Assembly: GCA_002633005.1 (NCBI GenBank)
Contig: NMRA01000004.1
Span: 2,286,392 to 2,350,391, forward strand
Reading direction: 5' to 3'
DNA length: 64,000 nt
DNA from: Phoronis australis
Lineage: Eukaryota; Animalia; Phoronida
The position numbers and the translations under genes were made by a program. Below, piece by piece: positions 1-13,942 of the stretch (position 1 is its first letter; every line of letters starts with the position of its first letter). Under the pieces are notes generated by a model. That model did not search any database and was not told the origin of the DNA. It saw only the letters and a list, made by a program, of their open reading frames with translations.

Positions 1-3000
1 ATCACGTGAAGTACTTCTGTGCTGACGGATACGAAATTGTCAGTGGTGACGTCAAGCGGGATTGTGGTTCGTCGGGGCAATGGTCTGGAGAGCCTCTTGT
101 TTGTCAAAGTAAGATATTGAACGTGCTCAGTACGATGAACTGTGTGTGTAGTATTTGCCATCGATTATTATACCAGTGTAAGCAGCAGAGTGTCATTAAC
201 CTTGTAATCAATAAACAGATTAATGCACCATATTCTTCGCCCCAGGGCATTCATGCGGTGAGTTGGAGTCTTATATTGGAACCACGGTGAATTCATCCGG
301 GTTGTTGTACTCGGACACTGCACGGTACTGGTGTATGACGGGATATGAACGAACAAGTGGCGACTTCAACCGGACGTGCACAGCAAACAAGACATGGAGT
401 GGACAGGCCCTTTCATGCCAACGTAAGCCTGCGTAGAGTTCAGTAACACTAGGACCTACGGTAGGACCTCTCTAAAAATCAAAACTTCAAGAGATTACGT
501 GTGTAGTTCAAACGAGAACATGTGAGTTTGGGTAGATTTTCTTGTTAGTGAACTTTACCCCGGACTGTTTCAGGAATATCTTGCAGAGATTGACTACTAC
601 ACGATGTCTATGAATTGCATGGAGAGGATTTCAACATTTGGTTTAACCGGACTATCTACGAAATTAACGCATACAAACACACGCGCACACGCACACGCAT
701 GCCCTCACGCTCCTGCACACAATAAGGTCACTTAAGGCTGAGTTTAGTGTCTTATAATGACGTCACAGGACCACACAATTTATGTCACCCTTTACCTGTC
801 AGTCACTGCCTTAGCAATTCAAACTTAAAGATATCCTTGTCGTCGACATACTCCACTTAGTCGTAAGTCAATTTATAGTCGACCGCCGTTTACACTTACT
901 GCCAATCAGAGTATGCGGAATTGTGTTTAGAATCGACTTTGCGAAATAAAATGTAGTATAACAGTGTTTGCTCCGATTTTCGATCAACTGGTAAGAAGTT
1001 GTACACGACATCTGTACCACTACCTGCGCACTCAGGCTACATTGCCGTATAAGAAGCCAACGAAAAGTTGCACGCGACACTATAATTGGAGTGTGTAGAC
1101 AGGTCTTAACGATTTCCATCTTTTTACAAACACCATCCCAGATTATATTTAACCTTGAGAGTAGACTACGCCACAAGAAACTTAACTGAACTCACCGAGA
1201 ACAGTCTTCTTGTAATTTAAATATAGCAATCGGTGAAATGTTCTAGGAATCCCTTGTTTAAGAATGCCAATTTCTTCAAGGTGTTACCTGCGGTCAACCG
1301 CCAAGTCTTCCACACACGACACGAGTCGGTGAGTCGTTTTTGTACGAAGACGTCTTACGTTACTTCTGCCTTCCTGGGTTCGACGTTGTTTCTGGTGATG
1401 TCATAAGGTCATGCTTGGACAACAAAACTTGGAGTGGACAGAATGTGCGGTGTGAAGGTATGATTTTTTACTAATGGAATGTGAAGGTAATGCAAGAGCT
1501 AACTTTGATTTGCATCAGTAACATTGCACAGCTTAGTACAAGAGTTTTCAGTTATGCAGACGAATTCGTCTGTGAGTGCCTTTAGACTAAGCAAGCGTGT
1601 GGACTGTGATGTTCGAAAATTATATCATTATTCCTATGTATCATGACCTCTTGAGAAACTGGTTCTAGAGTTGCATTGGGATGTTGAAAAATATAAATGC
1701 AATTTTATCATTCAAATATGTTCAAAAGAAATTAAGACTGCGTCCATCAGTACATCTAGGTAAGATTATATCTAGTTAAACATTCGTTTAATTCCTCGGA
1801 CTGGTCGTGCGTTAAGTATCCAATTTACCCATGGTGCATGAGCGAACAAACTCCAAAGAGAAACAGGAGTACCATATACAAAGTTGTTTCCATGTACATG
1901 AATATTGCCGTCGGTCCTTCCTTTGTACGTTTCTAATGACTCTTAACGCGAGTTCTGACACTCGTGCAGCACTTAAACCCCCGAGTCGTGTATTGACCAC
2001 CAGTGCTGTATTGGTAAAATTAGAGGTAAGTAGGCACCCAGAGCCCACCGCATCACCTTAAACACTGAACGTAAGTTACGGTGCCTAGTTCCTACGTTCA
2101 AATGCCAACGGGTTGTTGGCTGCGCCTACGTGCGCTTACACCCACTACAGCACTGTTGGCCACTTCGTTTTCAGTGTCTGGTAACGTCACCACACGGGTT
2201 GGATGTTATTCCACCGTGCTTCACATTGACTGTGCTGGCAACGAAACTCACGGTGACGCCTTGATAGATGTTGTTTACGCCACTGTGGGTATCGACACCC
2301 CTGGCGTTTGTGGTGCAGCCCTTGGCGACAAATGTGACGCCGTCTCCCACGGTGTGATGGACGTGGTCAAAGAGAGGTGTAACTACAAGAGCTCGTGCAG
2401 CGTTCCTGTGAACTCCAATGTGACAGCTTCCTATTGCGTCAACACTACTATTCAACCATACCTAACAGTGGCGTATCGATGCAAAGGTAACTATTTTTAT
2501 TTAAATTTTATTCGTTCATTCATATTAGGTCTTATCGGGAAAGTAATTAGTGCTCAGTGTTACTTGTTTACTGCGGGACTTTATCTGCAAGGGACAGAAC
2601 TGACTGCATTATTGGCACTGGGAGTTTTAAAACGGCAGCCTTCCCTCTGAGAGCATGGCTATAAGATAATGCCAACTACGTGCCGTTCTTAGGGTGTTCG
2701 GCAACGTTCCCTCCTCCTTGCGACATGTTTGGTCCACGCCCGGCGACTTCTGTTATTCGATCCATGGGGCAACATGGCAGGATCTGAGGAACTCCAAGGA
2801 TCATAATCTGGACTCGCTATGATTACCAAGATGAGAAGACTAGTCTATCAAAAGAGCGAACTGATTTCTTAGGCAACTTAACGCATTCACTTTAATGCCA
2901 GTAAGTCGTGAAATCGTGTTTATCGACTCAAGAACTCTACTGTGCTACTCGGGATTTACTATCAAGAAATTTCGTTATGGTTGCCTACATGTCCCTGAAC

Positions 3001-6000
3001 TTTGAGAGATTGTTAATGTTAAGACAGTACGTTGAGTCAACGTATGTTTTACAGAGTTTCGATGTAAAGATCCAGAAAGCATACCAAACGGCAGGCCTAG
3101 ATTTAACAGCACTATGATCTTCTCTGGTGTAACTTATGTTTGTGAAAATGGCTACGAGATTTCTTCGGGTGATAAAAACCGAACTTGTCTTCCCAACGGT
3201 TCTTGGTCTGGGCAACTACCGACATGTAAAGGTCAGTCCGATATACCTGGTGTGTCGTAATAGAAATACTCATTGCTTTTGTTTGTTGATTTTTGATACA
3301 CTGCCACTGTTTCTTAGTGAGTTGACTGAAGTATGGATTTTCACAGACATTTTTGAAGAATTTAGTTCAGTGAACATCCGCACAAGTAATTCAATTCCCT
3401 TTGCATGAACTGCAGATGTCTTCGCTGACAAGCCTATTGTGTTAAATGGATGTAAGTACCAATTGTTTCAGGTTGTTCCTGCTCTGTACCTTTACATATT
3501 CTATAAATCCGAGTTCCATTCAGGAAGCGAACGTTTGTTTTAGATCCTTTATCACAATAACATTGGTCTCAACTTGATCTTTGTTCAAATGCAAAACGGT
3601 TTTAGATTTTACAAAGAACTTACAGTTTTTCATCATCTGAGATAACGTTGGGCGCACGAGTTGAGATGGCATCGCAAACAATCTTGTAGAATCATCTCAA
3701 GCCACAACGGTCTGTCCGTTCATTTGGAATTTCGAAATCATCCCCAGTTTGAGTAAGGGACAATTGGAGACCAAGTTTAAAACGGTACGTGGTCTAAATC
3801 ATTTTTGCCACGAAAGACGTCAGGCTTATAACGGTTTTCAATATTGAAATCTGAAATATCTCTCAGCTAGAGGCGAGGCACTCGCCACATACATGTAGTG
3901 TGCATACATGTATATAGACTATACACGAACACACCAACTATCTTTAAAACATGATGATGCAATTAGCGGACTTTTGTTGGTTGTTGCTTTCATTTTAAGT
4001 ACGTTTATTATGAAAACATACATCCCAAATAATAATCCTATACCAGGTCACAGTTGCGGTGATCCGGGTGAAGCCCCTCACGCGTCGCGAAGTGGCAGCA
4101 CCATTTTTCCTGGAAATATGACATATACGTGTGATGAAGGGTGGACGAAGAAGTCTGGTACTTACATAAGACAATGTATGGATTACAAAGAATGGTCTGG
4201 TTCGCTGTTGGAGTGCACACGTGAGTGTCGACTGGATACATCTGAAGAAAATAAAGTCGATTACCCCAATTCACGGACGATTTCTAATCTCAGAAACTTT
4301 GAGAAAGCCGCTGCTTGACTCTTATACACCTGCATCGACCTTTCTGTAACTTTCTAGATAGTTTGTCATTTTACACCATCTTCTGTGATGCTTTTTCTAC
4401 CTAAATGCATCTTTAATCAACTGCCAATTTATAAATGCCTTTCTGCCTTAATCATCGTCTTCTGGTTTGAGCTGCGAGACCGTACACTGTACATGGCAGC
4501 TTCGTCAATTAAATCGGATTAGATGCTGCGTTTCAAAATCCCCACTTCTGAAAATCAGTCTTATCTTATTTTCATTTGTGATGAGAGAACACCAGAATGA
4601 CCGTTGGATTTTACGTCTTCATTTTTGTCAGGTGTTGAGTGTCTGAAGCTTTCGCAAGTGGATCATGGTGCTATACTTGGCGATGGAAGTTTATTTCAGG
4701 ATATACTCGTTTACACGTGTGACCCCGGTTACAAACTAACTACTACCGCAGAGACGAATTATACAAGGGTGTGCCAAGCTAACCGCACCTGGTCTGGTGA
4801 AATAACAGAATGTCGAAGTAAGACAGCTGTATCCTATTCTATTTTTTACCTAAGTTTGTCAACCCTATGTCTCGTTTTTTGATTATCGACATTGGCATAA
4901 AACCCTGAAAAATGTCTTTACTTGAGCGACAAAGAAAATGGATGCAAAACTGTTTTTTTATCACCTGAGTGATTTCCTAGGGTGGGCATAGAACAGCTAC
5001 AGTGTAAAACAAACGGGGAAAAACCGGAGACAAGTAACGCGTGTTTTAATATTCATGGGAGCTGATGCGATTTACTCCTCCGCAAAGTTTCACCTATCAC
5101 TAAATTTGTGGGGGGCAAAATTTCAAAGCAAATTGTGATTATTGCAAGACGAGTTTTTTTGAAGAATACGATTTCCCCGGGCCATTGTAATCTATACCGC
5201 TGTATTGCTTCAGAAAAGAACTGCGGTTTGCCACCAGAGTTCAACTACACACGAGTTGAGGGATCTTCGTACTTGTTCGGCGACGCAGTGACGTATTCCT
5301 GTATCTATCCATATGTCATGCTTGGTCTTGATGACAAGAAGTCACTTTACTGTTCAGAGAACGGGACGTGGGCCGGAGCCATCCCAGTCTGTAATTGTAA
5401 GAATAATGTTCACACTTTTACTTTGACTCAGTTTCATTAGCTTATCTTTAGATCGTCATTTTGGTCTGAGGTCAACAGAAGTTTTTCTCAACGGTGGTCT
5501 AGATGTGCTCCCTGCACACACGTAATAGGATGGGCATGCGTGCCCGTTTCCTTTCAAAGTACCCATTTGCACGGACTTGTGCATGTCTTCGTTACTTAAG
5601 TAATTTTGCACTTGGGTGGAAGTGCGGACGACTTCCCCCTGGTTCCTTCAAGCTTAGGAGACTTCTCTGAGTGAAACAGGATTTTTAAAGATATCCGTCT
5701 TGACACAATCATTCATCTTTTATTTGGTAAAACCAATCTTGATTATGACTCTTGTCCTGACTCAGTGGGTGGATGTGGAGATCCTGGCTACGCTGTACAC
5801 TCAACAAGGTCTGTTGAGAGTTTTAACCTCAACCAGACAGTAACTTACACCTGCCGACCAGGTTACAGATGGTACGGCGTTGGCAGCCTTGTGAGGACGT
5901 GTTTCAAAGCAGGGTGGACGGGGAGTCCCCCAGAGTGTGATAGTAAGTTAATTGTTCTCATATATAAAGCTGGTTTATTTTCTTTGGTCAAATCAGACCA

Positions 6001-9000
6001 AAATTGATTGAAGTTCAACCTGCCCAAGTATACATGTACCTGTTAAACATGGTAATCGTTTTTACCGAGATATTTTCGATCGAGGCAATTTTTTAGATTT
6101 TAATCAATCACCTGCTGATCTTACAGCTTTTAGTTCATTGCTCCCAACTAAGTTGTTCCAAATGCAAGCTGACTATAGACGTGCAACTCTGGATAAAAAA
6201 GTCTAAGCGCGTAATTATAACCAGTTCAACATAGGCCTACTTACGATCGTTTTAATGTTCCTGCTCATCTGTCAGCATTACGGTGCCTTACATGTACTTA
6301 TCGACTTGTTACTACCACAATGAGCATTCTAGACGGAGATAGGTACTGTACATCCCCGTATCTTACCAGTAGTTTTCAATATTTTCTGGCCAGCGTCAAC
6401 ATTCAAAACAGTTTCTGCACAAAAAACCGCATCTACAGTACATGTAAGTATCAATTCCTTTTTAACAAGAACAAGTTTCAATTCTGGCAAATTGTCGAAA
6501 ACATCTCAACAGGTGCAGTTCCACACATTAGGTCGAAATTGCCACAAATTCCTTGTATCTGAGTCCGTTCACACAATAAGAACGTGGTTGGATGCCCAAT
6601 AAGGTTACATGTACATGTATGTAGAACTCTGTAAAATGACCAACTTTGGCTGAGTTCGGAACATCACGTGAGATTCACGTGGAGCTTTCAGATTACTATG
6701 CTTCATATTCTGTTCTCTAAAAAGCTCTTAGGTTTGTTTTTATAATGTTCCAGTTGTGTATGAGAAGCCATTAAAAATATGACTTAAGTACATGGTTTAC
6801 TTAAAAGATCTTTAAATCTGAATTAAACGAAAACAATATGACACTTTAGAAAACTACAGTAGACATTTAGATATGTCACATTTATATAAAATAAAATTAT
6901 TGATTACTGATGTTTTACACTTAATGAATCATTTTTTACTAAATTTTACAAAAAATAAATAGTGACTTGACAGATTGGTAAAAAGTCAAAAATCAGGCTT
7001 TCTACTTTCAGACTATGCTTTTACTGAGTTAAGATATAATGTTATCTTGATGAATTGCAAATTGTACTTGTCGATAAGACACAACATTTTATGCAACGAA
7101 ATTTTTGTTTCACTAAATTGCCAAATAACGCAGCAAAATGTCAGCGTCAAACACAATTCTCTCAAAGTCTGCATATTGTATGTTGAAAACGATAGAACAG
7201 TCATCGCCAGGAAAAAGAAAACCCGGTCGGCAAACGAAGGGCTTTCGGGTACGCTTTCCCTCCAAAAATAGGGTTGGTCACCCCCTAGGCATACAAGATC
7301 CCTCATTGGGTAAGACATAAAGTGTGGGTTTATGTAATTTCATAGGTACATGAAAGTAGTATCTTACTTCATTCACAATGTTTTTACACATAAAAACGCG
7401 CACGCGCACGCACACGCACGCACGCACGCACAATCACATTAACTTCCGCCGTAAGTGTTCTGGCGTGTTTTTGTGCTATTCATGACCATTTCTACAGTGT
7501 ACTGTACATGTATATCTAAAAGAAAAAGATGGTTCCTAAGTTTTTGTATCCATCTAGGTATACGCTGTGGTGAACCGCCTCCCGTGAATAACAGCATTCG
7601 CTACGGGACTAGATTTGACTATCCGAGTTCCCTAACGTACGCATGCAACATAGGATATGAAATTATTAGCGGAAGCTCACGAAGGGCGTGCACAGAAAGT
7701 TCATCTTGGACGGGGGAGCCCCCCGTATGTGAACGTAAGTTTCAAAAACAACAAACATGCGAGCTTGGAAGGGTTCGATTTGGTTATCTCCCCTCAGATT
7801 GTGGTTTGGCGACATTCGTTGGGTTCGCCAGTTTTCCCCTTCAGGTATGTCGTTTGTTTCATTGTGGGCTCTTACAAACGTGGTTTGAGGACCTTTGTCT
7901 GAGTTTTGCGTGAGGGGAATTTTCTCAGGTCGCCTTTGGCAAACTGAAACTGAGCTAAACTTCCTGTAACAAGATGCTCTGCTCTTTGACATACGTTATA
8001 CTGTCATTCACATAATTTCACACCAGCTCTCGCCGTGATCGAGTTTTTCCCGCGAATACATACCTGTACCATGCGCGCACCCAAGGGGGGGGGGCTCGGG
8101 GGCTCGAANGGGGGCTCGAACGAGCCCCCGTTTGACGAATTGTGTAAAAAGGTCCGCCTCAGAGAAACAAAAAGTCCGAGAAAACGAGAAAAAAGTCCGC
8201 TTAAATTGCGCAGACGCACAGTTCACGGACCTGAAGGTGGTACCCCGTTCTTTTTAGTCCTTCCGCTTTTTTGTTAGCACAATGTCCACTTTGTCAGAGA
8301 TTCGAGCCCTCATATTAAATGTTGGGTGCGCACATGTGTACAACTTTCGTACTGTCACTATGGTGCTATGGTAACAGGGTATTTCATGTATTGTGAGAAT
8401 CAAATTGTATGCTAGTCAAAGTACACCTTGGCAGGTCTTGCCTGTCGATTTCTTGGATACAATACATGTAAATGGTACCCTTAACATATTTTACAATAAA
8501 TTAACAGGTGTCAACTGTGGACCACCAGAAAAGACCATCGAAGGCGTCATTGTGCGTGGCTCGAAGTTTCAGCTGGGTGACATAATTACGTATGACTGTA
8601 AACCTGGCTATTTCTACCTCGCGGGCGACTACAACAGGACTTGTCGACCTGACAAAAGATGGAGTGGCGTAACGATGAGATGTCGAAGTAATTAATTTAT
8701 TAAGAAACTGATAGCACAACTTAATAATTTATATTGGGCAAAAGTAAGCATTCAACAAAACAAGTTTCGATATAATATACTCCACGATGCATCGAAGTAG
8801 CGCAATATCTCGCTCATATTGTTCAGTGCACAAATAAGAATTTCGTTTTCAGCAAGAAATTTGTTAAGTCTTTTCCGGATAGAGCGCTTGTGAATGTGTG
8901 CCCATACACGCAAATTTAGTTTCTGAATAACTTTTTACACATAAATAGTTCGCATATTTCATTATTTTCGCCGCTTTCCTTAACACTTTTTGGTCGCTAC

Positions 9001-9949
9001 AATGATATTTTAATAGCTCAACACGTTTTCTTCTAATCAGAGAAGGACTGTGGAGCTCCAACTGTAGTCCCCAGCACTCGTCGCTATGGGAATTCTTATC
9101 TCTTTGGTGACATCATTCTGTACACCTGTTTCACTGGATACAATTTAACCAACGGAAGTCTGGTGAAGACGTGTACCGAAAACGGGACCTGGAGTAAAGA
9201 TGACCCGCTATGTACAGGTAGGACTCGCGCAGACGTGCTGTAGATTTCCGTATTCTACATGCGTCCAAGTATCTGACGAATGACATGATGCTCAGCGAAG
9301 CCGTTCAGAGGCTCCTAAGCCAACACCAAGCTGTCATATAGAATGGTATAAGCTATCTGTGGCATCTTCTGTTGTCATTTATATTACCATTCAAACTCAT
9401 TGTTCGAAGTGGAACAAGTTTCAAGTTTGGAAGTAATTTACTTTGGCAAAATGAAGGTACATCCCATTCCATATGCTCAAAGTACCTCAAGTAAACGCTA
9501 TTTTCCGATATCCCACGTGACAAAGCTGATAGTATTCATGCCAGTTGCTTAAGGTACAACTCAATAATAGCTGATTGCAATCGCTGGCACAGGATTATAT
9601 ACTTTAGTAAACTTAGAGACCTTGTCTACCATCAATGGTTATTTCCTTTATTTCAGCGCTACCTGGACCACCACCAAACGAGAGAAAGGCAGTTTGGAAG
9701 ACGCTACCAAAAGCAGAAGCTTCCGGCTCCCCATATATTGGGGCGTTAGCCATAGGTCTAATTGTAGGACTGGTATCTTTCATCGTAGTTCTTGATTTGG
9801 TTACAATTCAAAGGCAGCTGCCGATTTTGAAGCATAACCTTAGCTGTGGATTAGACCGCTTCAATGACTGGCTGGATAGAACTAAGGGGTCACCATTAGA
9901 TGACAGCGAAGATGTTGTAGATTTCACTGACCTCCATATGATGTACTGA
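1..9949 (+). CDS. Multi-exon Sushi/CCP-repeat single-pass membrane protein with a SUEL-type lectin domain (CSMD/SVEP1-like architecture), 5' end outside the window
   Basis: AG/GT-bounded phase-1 exons: <1-108, 246-422, 1281-1457, 2175-2486 (SUEL), 3055-3231, 4047-4220, 4632-4817, 5214-5396, 5766-5942, 7558-7734, 8508-8687, 9041-9217, 9657-9949 (TM plus tail). Eleven exons (the first partial) each encode one CCP module (C..P...Y.C..GY...G...R.C...G.WSG..P.C). The last exon has the hydrophobic segment IGALAIGLIVGLVSFIVVLDLVTI and a TGA at 9947-9949. Confidence 0.92.
2175..2486 (+). CDS. Exon encoding a SUEL/Gal_lectin (rhamnose-binding lectin fold) domain within the Sushi gene
   Basis: CYSTVLHIDC...IDVVYATVG...C...C...VKERCNYKSSCSVPVNS...C...PYLTVAYRC has the SUEL cysteine spacing. 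Acceptor tttcag at 2169-2174, donor GTAAC at 2487. Confidence 0.8.
8070..8336. mobile_element. MITE with CATG termini and 5-bp TSD, in a Sushi-gene intron
   Basis: TIRs CATGCGCGCACCCAA / TTGGGTGCGCACATG, flanked by the direct repeat TGTAC (8065-8069, 8337-8341). G-run subterminal region. Confidence 0.8.
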
Positions 9950-12900
9950 CTACCTATGACAACTCCAAAGGAAATGGGTGAATTTTGGTCTGTGGTGGTA
10001 TAGTCGAGTTCATGCCAGTTTGTTTTTTCTGGCAAGCAACGACCTTCTCCAGAGTTACCCGTAAAGTCGACAATTCCCCATTTTGATTGTGCACGAAGAA
10101 AATGGATAAATGATTCATGTACAATGTACATAATCATACCGCTTACAGACCTTGATACACCAAGACTATGGTAGGGAGGTTCTTTTACCCCACGTGGTCT
10201 TTTAGTAAGTCAAAGGAATTGCGGCGACAGCACGTTACGCCTCAGCCATTCAGCTAGCCAAGCCTATGTCATAGAGGCGTGCCCGAGTTGAGTGAGCGTG
10301 TGAATCTTTGTTACAATGTAGAGCGCCTATAATTGTTTTCACAAGTTTATATTTAATGCATTGGAAACCAAAATGGCAATGCGCTGTCTGCACGTGATCA
10401 GTGTGAGTGGGATGTAATTTGTAAACACAACCTACAAGTCATGCGTCCCTTTACTTTATAACTTCAAATGTAATCACCCAGCGCGTGGATATCAAATTAA
10501 TCATAATGATCTTCTCATGGTGTTCTTGAAGCCATTTTTTGAAATTTGAAATGCCCCCTGTGTAAAAGTCCCTGTCATTTAGACAAAATTGATTTAATGT
10601 CAAAGATCTGCAGACGAGTAAACTAGTAGAACATGGCAATGTAGATTAGGATATTACAGTATATGCTCGAGATTGAAGTTGTTATACACATGTATGTATG
10701 TATATTACATGTTTTTTAGAAAGGCAAAACATAATTGAAGCCATAAAGACTCAATTTTCATCTTGATGTCCGCCTACAGGTACAGGCCCGCATTTGACTG
10801 TGAATCGGAAGTGATACTATATACAGGAAGCGACCAAAATAATCCGAATCATACGTTAAAATAAGCGAAAACACGTGTGAAACATTTATTTTAAACTTTA
10901 CGAATTGTGTCTGTATTGCTATCGTTACAACATTTGCAGTTGCCAAAATCTCGCTTCTATAGCAGAAGTGTATCAACAACGAATCGCGTGTTACAGTTAC
11001 AGACTCGCTGTTCCATATACATGCAATAGTCTCCGTAATAACGATTGCGATGCTTGCCTGCCTAATCCATTTTGTTGTCAGAAAAGAGAATGGAACAAAA
11101 AGGTACATGTATTACCTGTTACAGGACGTTGTTGGTTTCTTAAGCCTAAAAAGCGTTTTATCATGTTTTCGCACCTTGTATTTAACGAAATGCAATTTTT
11201 CAATGATTGGGATTTCAACGACGGTGACACCATATTAGTGTAAGAGTACATGTACTATAAAGCAAAGCCATACACATAAACGATCGAACTTGGAAGGATT
11301 TACCCCGAGAACATTAATTACCGTAACATCTTTAATTTGAGTGCAATCAGATGAACCTAATTTGGTCACTATTAATCGATCCGTGTCGTTTGTGGGAAAA
11401 GCGCCGCCAATTCACGTATTGTATTCGCTGCCTATCAAGGCCACATTTTGTTTTTGAGTAAATTGTCTGCATGAAAAAACTTACAGTCATATTCCATTTG
11501 CAGCGTTGTGGTGAAATGATACACACGTGGGGTAAGGCCTGTCCATTCCCCTGCCGGAAATCGTCTGAATATACAATGTATGGTTGTCACCGCTTCAGAT
11601 TTGACCAGCTTTAATAGTATCCACAAGTGAGTTTAAAGATTATGACCATACCTTCTTAGGGTCTGGGGAGCAGGGGATCACTGTTAGCAACAACACTGCA
11701 TGGACTCTTAGCGCGTTATACTATGTTGCCTTGTACATCAAATAGCCCAACTGGAGCCGGATTCTTTTGCTTGAAGATGCCTCATACGGGAGCGTCTAAT
11801 GCATGGTTCTCAAGCATGCACTGTACATTTTCCGCTTCCGAAAAGGTTTATAAACTCTGCATTGGGTTTGTAATTATTTCATGGCAACATGGCTAGTTTG
11901 AATGCATGCCGAGAAATGTGCAGTGCTGCTGCTCGTACGAAAGCCCGTTGTCTTGTGTACAGGTGGGCTTTTTCGTGAGGTTACTAGTGACGGGAGCTTT
12001 GACGCTTGTCCGCGTCGTCACTCGTTATCCCTTGCATCTCCTTTTTGTCGCTAGTTATCACGGAGTTTCCGCCATCTCCCATGAAGAAGGACATGGATTT
12101 CAGTTGCCAGACAAGCGTTCTCTCCAATTTATGTATAGCCTACCGAAAATAATATTTGCATGATCTGTTGCTGCCGACGTTGCCTTATACAAATCCCAAT
12201 GGACATTTCATTAACAGTCCTGTCATCGCTCTCAACATCTCTTTCACGTTTAATTAAATGCCATTTCTAGCAGTCACTTTAACTGACATATGCATTGCTT
12301 GCTCGTATCCTTTGACCCGTCATCTTTTGGAGAATGGGAGTCCTTGTGTGACAAGTTCAGACAAAATTAACCCGAGAACATGCCATTCAAGGAAATTAAT
12401 TGTCTACCATACATACTGTAACAGAGCGGTACTTTCTTGGGTGTATTGAACAAAACAACCTTTGGAAACTCCGTTAATTGACACATTCTGTTTCGCTCAT
12501 CAATTCAACAAATTCTCTTAAAACAACTTAACATTATAATGAGAGATAAAGTAAAGTTTTGTGTGAATTGATCAAGATATACCATCAGCCATTAGGGACG
12601 ATGGAAAATGAATTAAAGTTTATTGAAGATGACTGGATCAGCGTCGGGCGGATATAAAATTGTAGTTAAAAATCTTATGTTTAGATCTCCGCTGTTCCCT
12701 TAAAGGGATGGTAGACTGGTTGATTTACAATTTAGAAACGACTTTTGCTTTGTTATATTTGTGCACATGTACATATATTCGGATTATTAAGTAACGACTC
12801 GCCGTAACTTAAGGTGGCTTCGAGTCGACCCTAGTCTCCTTAGCCATTGATGAAGTACTACAACACATTTAATAATTTCAAGACGCTGAAGTGCCTCCTA

Positions 12901-13942
12901 GTGGTTATTTATGTAACTGAATGTCATCGACATGACTGAATTTACTGAAAGAGGGTTCAGTGAAGAAATAAGCGAAACACAATTACGACAGAGACATTTT
13001 TTTATTCCTGTGTTGGTTTAAACACAAGCGGCAGTACCAAATACAAGTGGGTCTATGCTTCAAAATTGTCAGATATAGCTTAGTCAGAGCGATCAAAAAT
13101 GAATAACACTGGGTTTTAGCCTTCCAAAATAACATTAAGAATTTACAAACATATTTAAGCTTGGTTGTAGTTCAATAATCTTTATGCATAAATTTGCATG
13201 AGCACGAGGTCATCATACGTTGTTTTCAACTGGAAGCCATTCCATTTCACTACCAACATACATGCGTGTGATTTCCAAGCAAAGATACATATAGTAGTGG
13301 TCATGAAAGGGATAAAACACTCTGAGAAACTTAAAAATTAAATTTGCCCTTCTTTTACCAATGCCAGCTAATGAGTGAAGATTTAAAAATCGGCATTTTT
13401 ACAGTAATGGCTCACTCTGTTTTTATGAGTCATTCTTTACTTGTCTTATTTCACCAGTCGAACTTGCCACTGTGTTAAAAGGAAAGTCCCAGATAATAGT
13501 CACATGGCGCTCAATACATGTATACCTTTAAGCAATACGTTAGACGCGCAATGGATTTAAAAAAAAAAACTTGGAAAGCCAAGCTGTATGCGTCCAAATT
13601 CCATAAGGTAAAAAAGTATGAATAGGTTCGTGCACCTATTTCCTTTCGCCATAAATCTTGGTTAGTTTAGCCAACCGTTTTGAGTGTAGGCCGATAGGGG
13701 CATGACACGGAAGTAGTTAAAACATTCGACGGCGATCTAAAATCGCAATAAAACAGACCACAGGCAGAAGGAAACCATGTGACAACTTTTGCTACGTCTC
13801 ATAACTTAAATGTTTCTGACGTACATAACTTTACCTTCGGTTGTGATAAAACTCTTGAGAACGCTGTGAGAACCGTATCACTTGAAAACAATACGATAAA
13901 GCGGAAGTGACGCGTTGGAGTACGTGTACATGCGCAGCGCAG

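Noticed and set aside
10758-11243. Cys-rich 112-aa ORF downstream of the Sushi gene
   Set aside because: TTG start, no splice context and no recognisable cysteine framework. Likely 3'UTR or intergenic noise.
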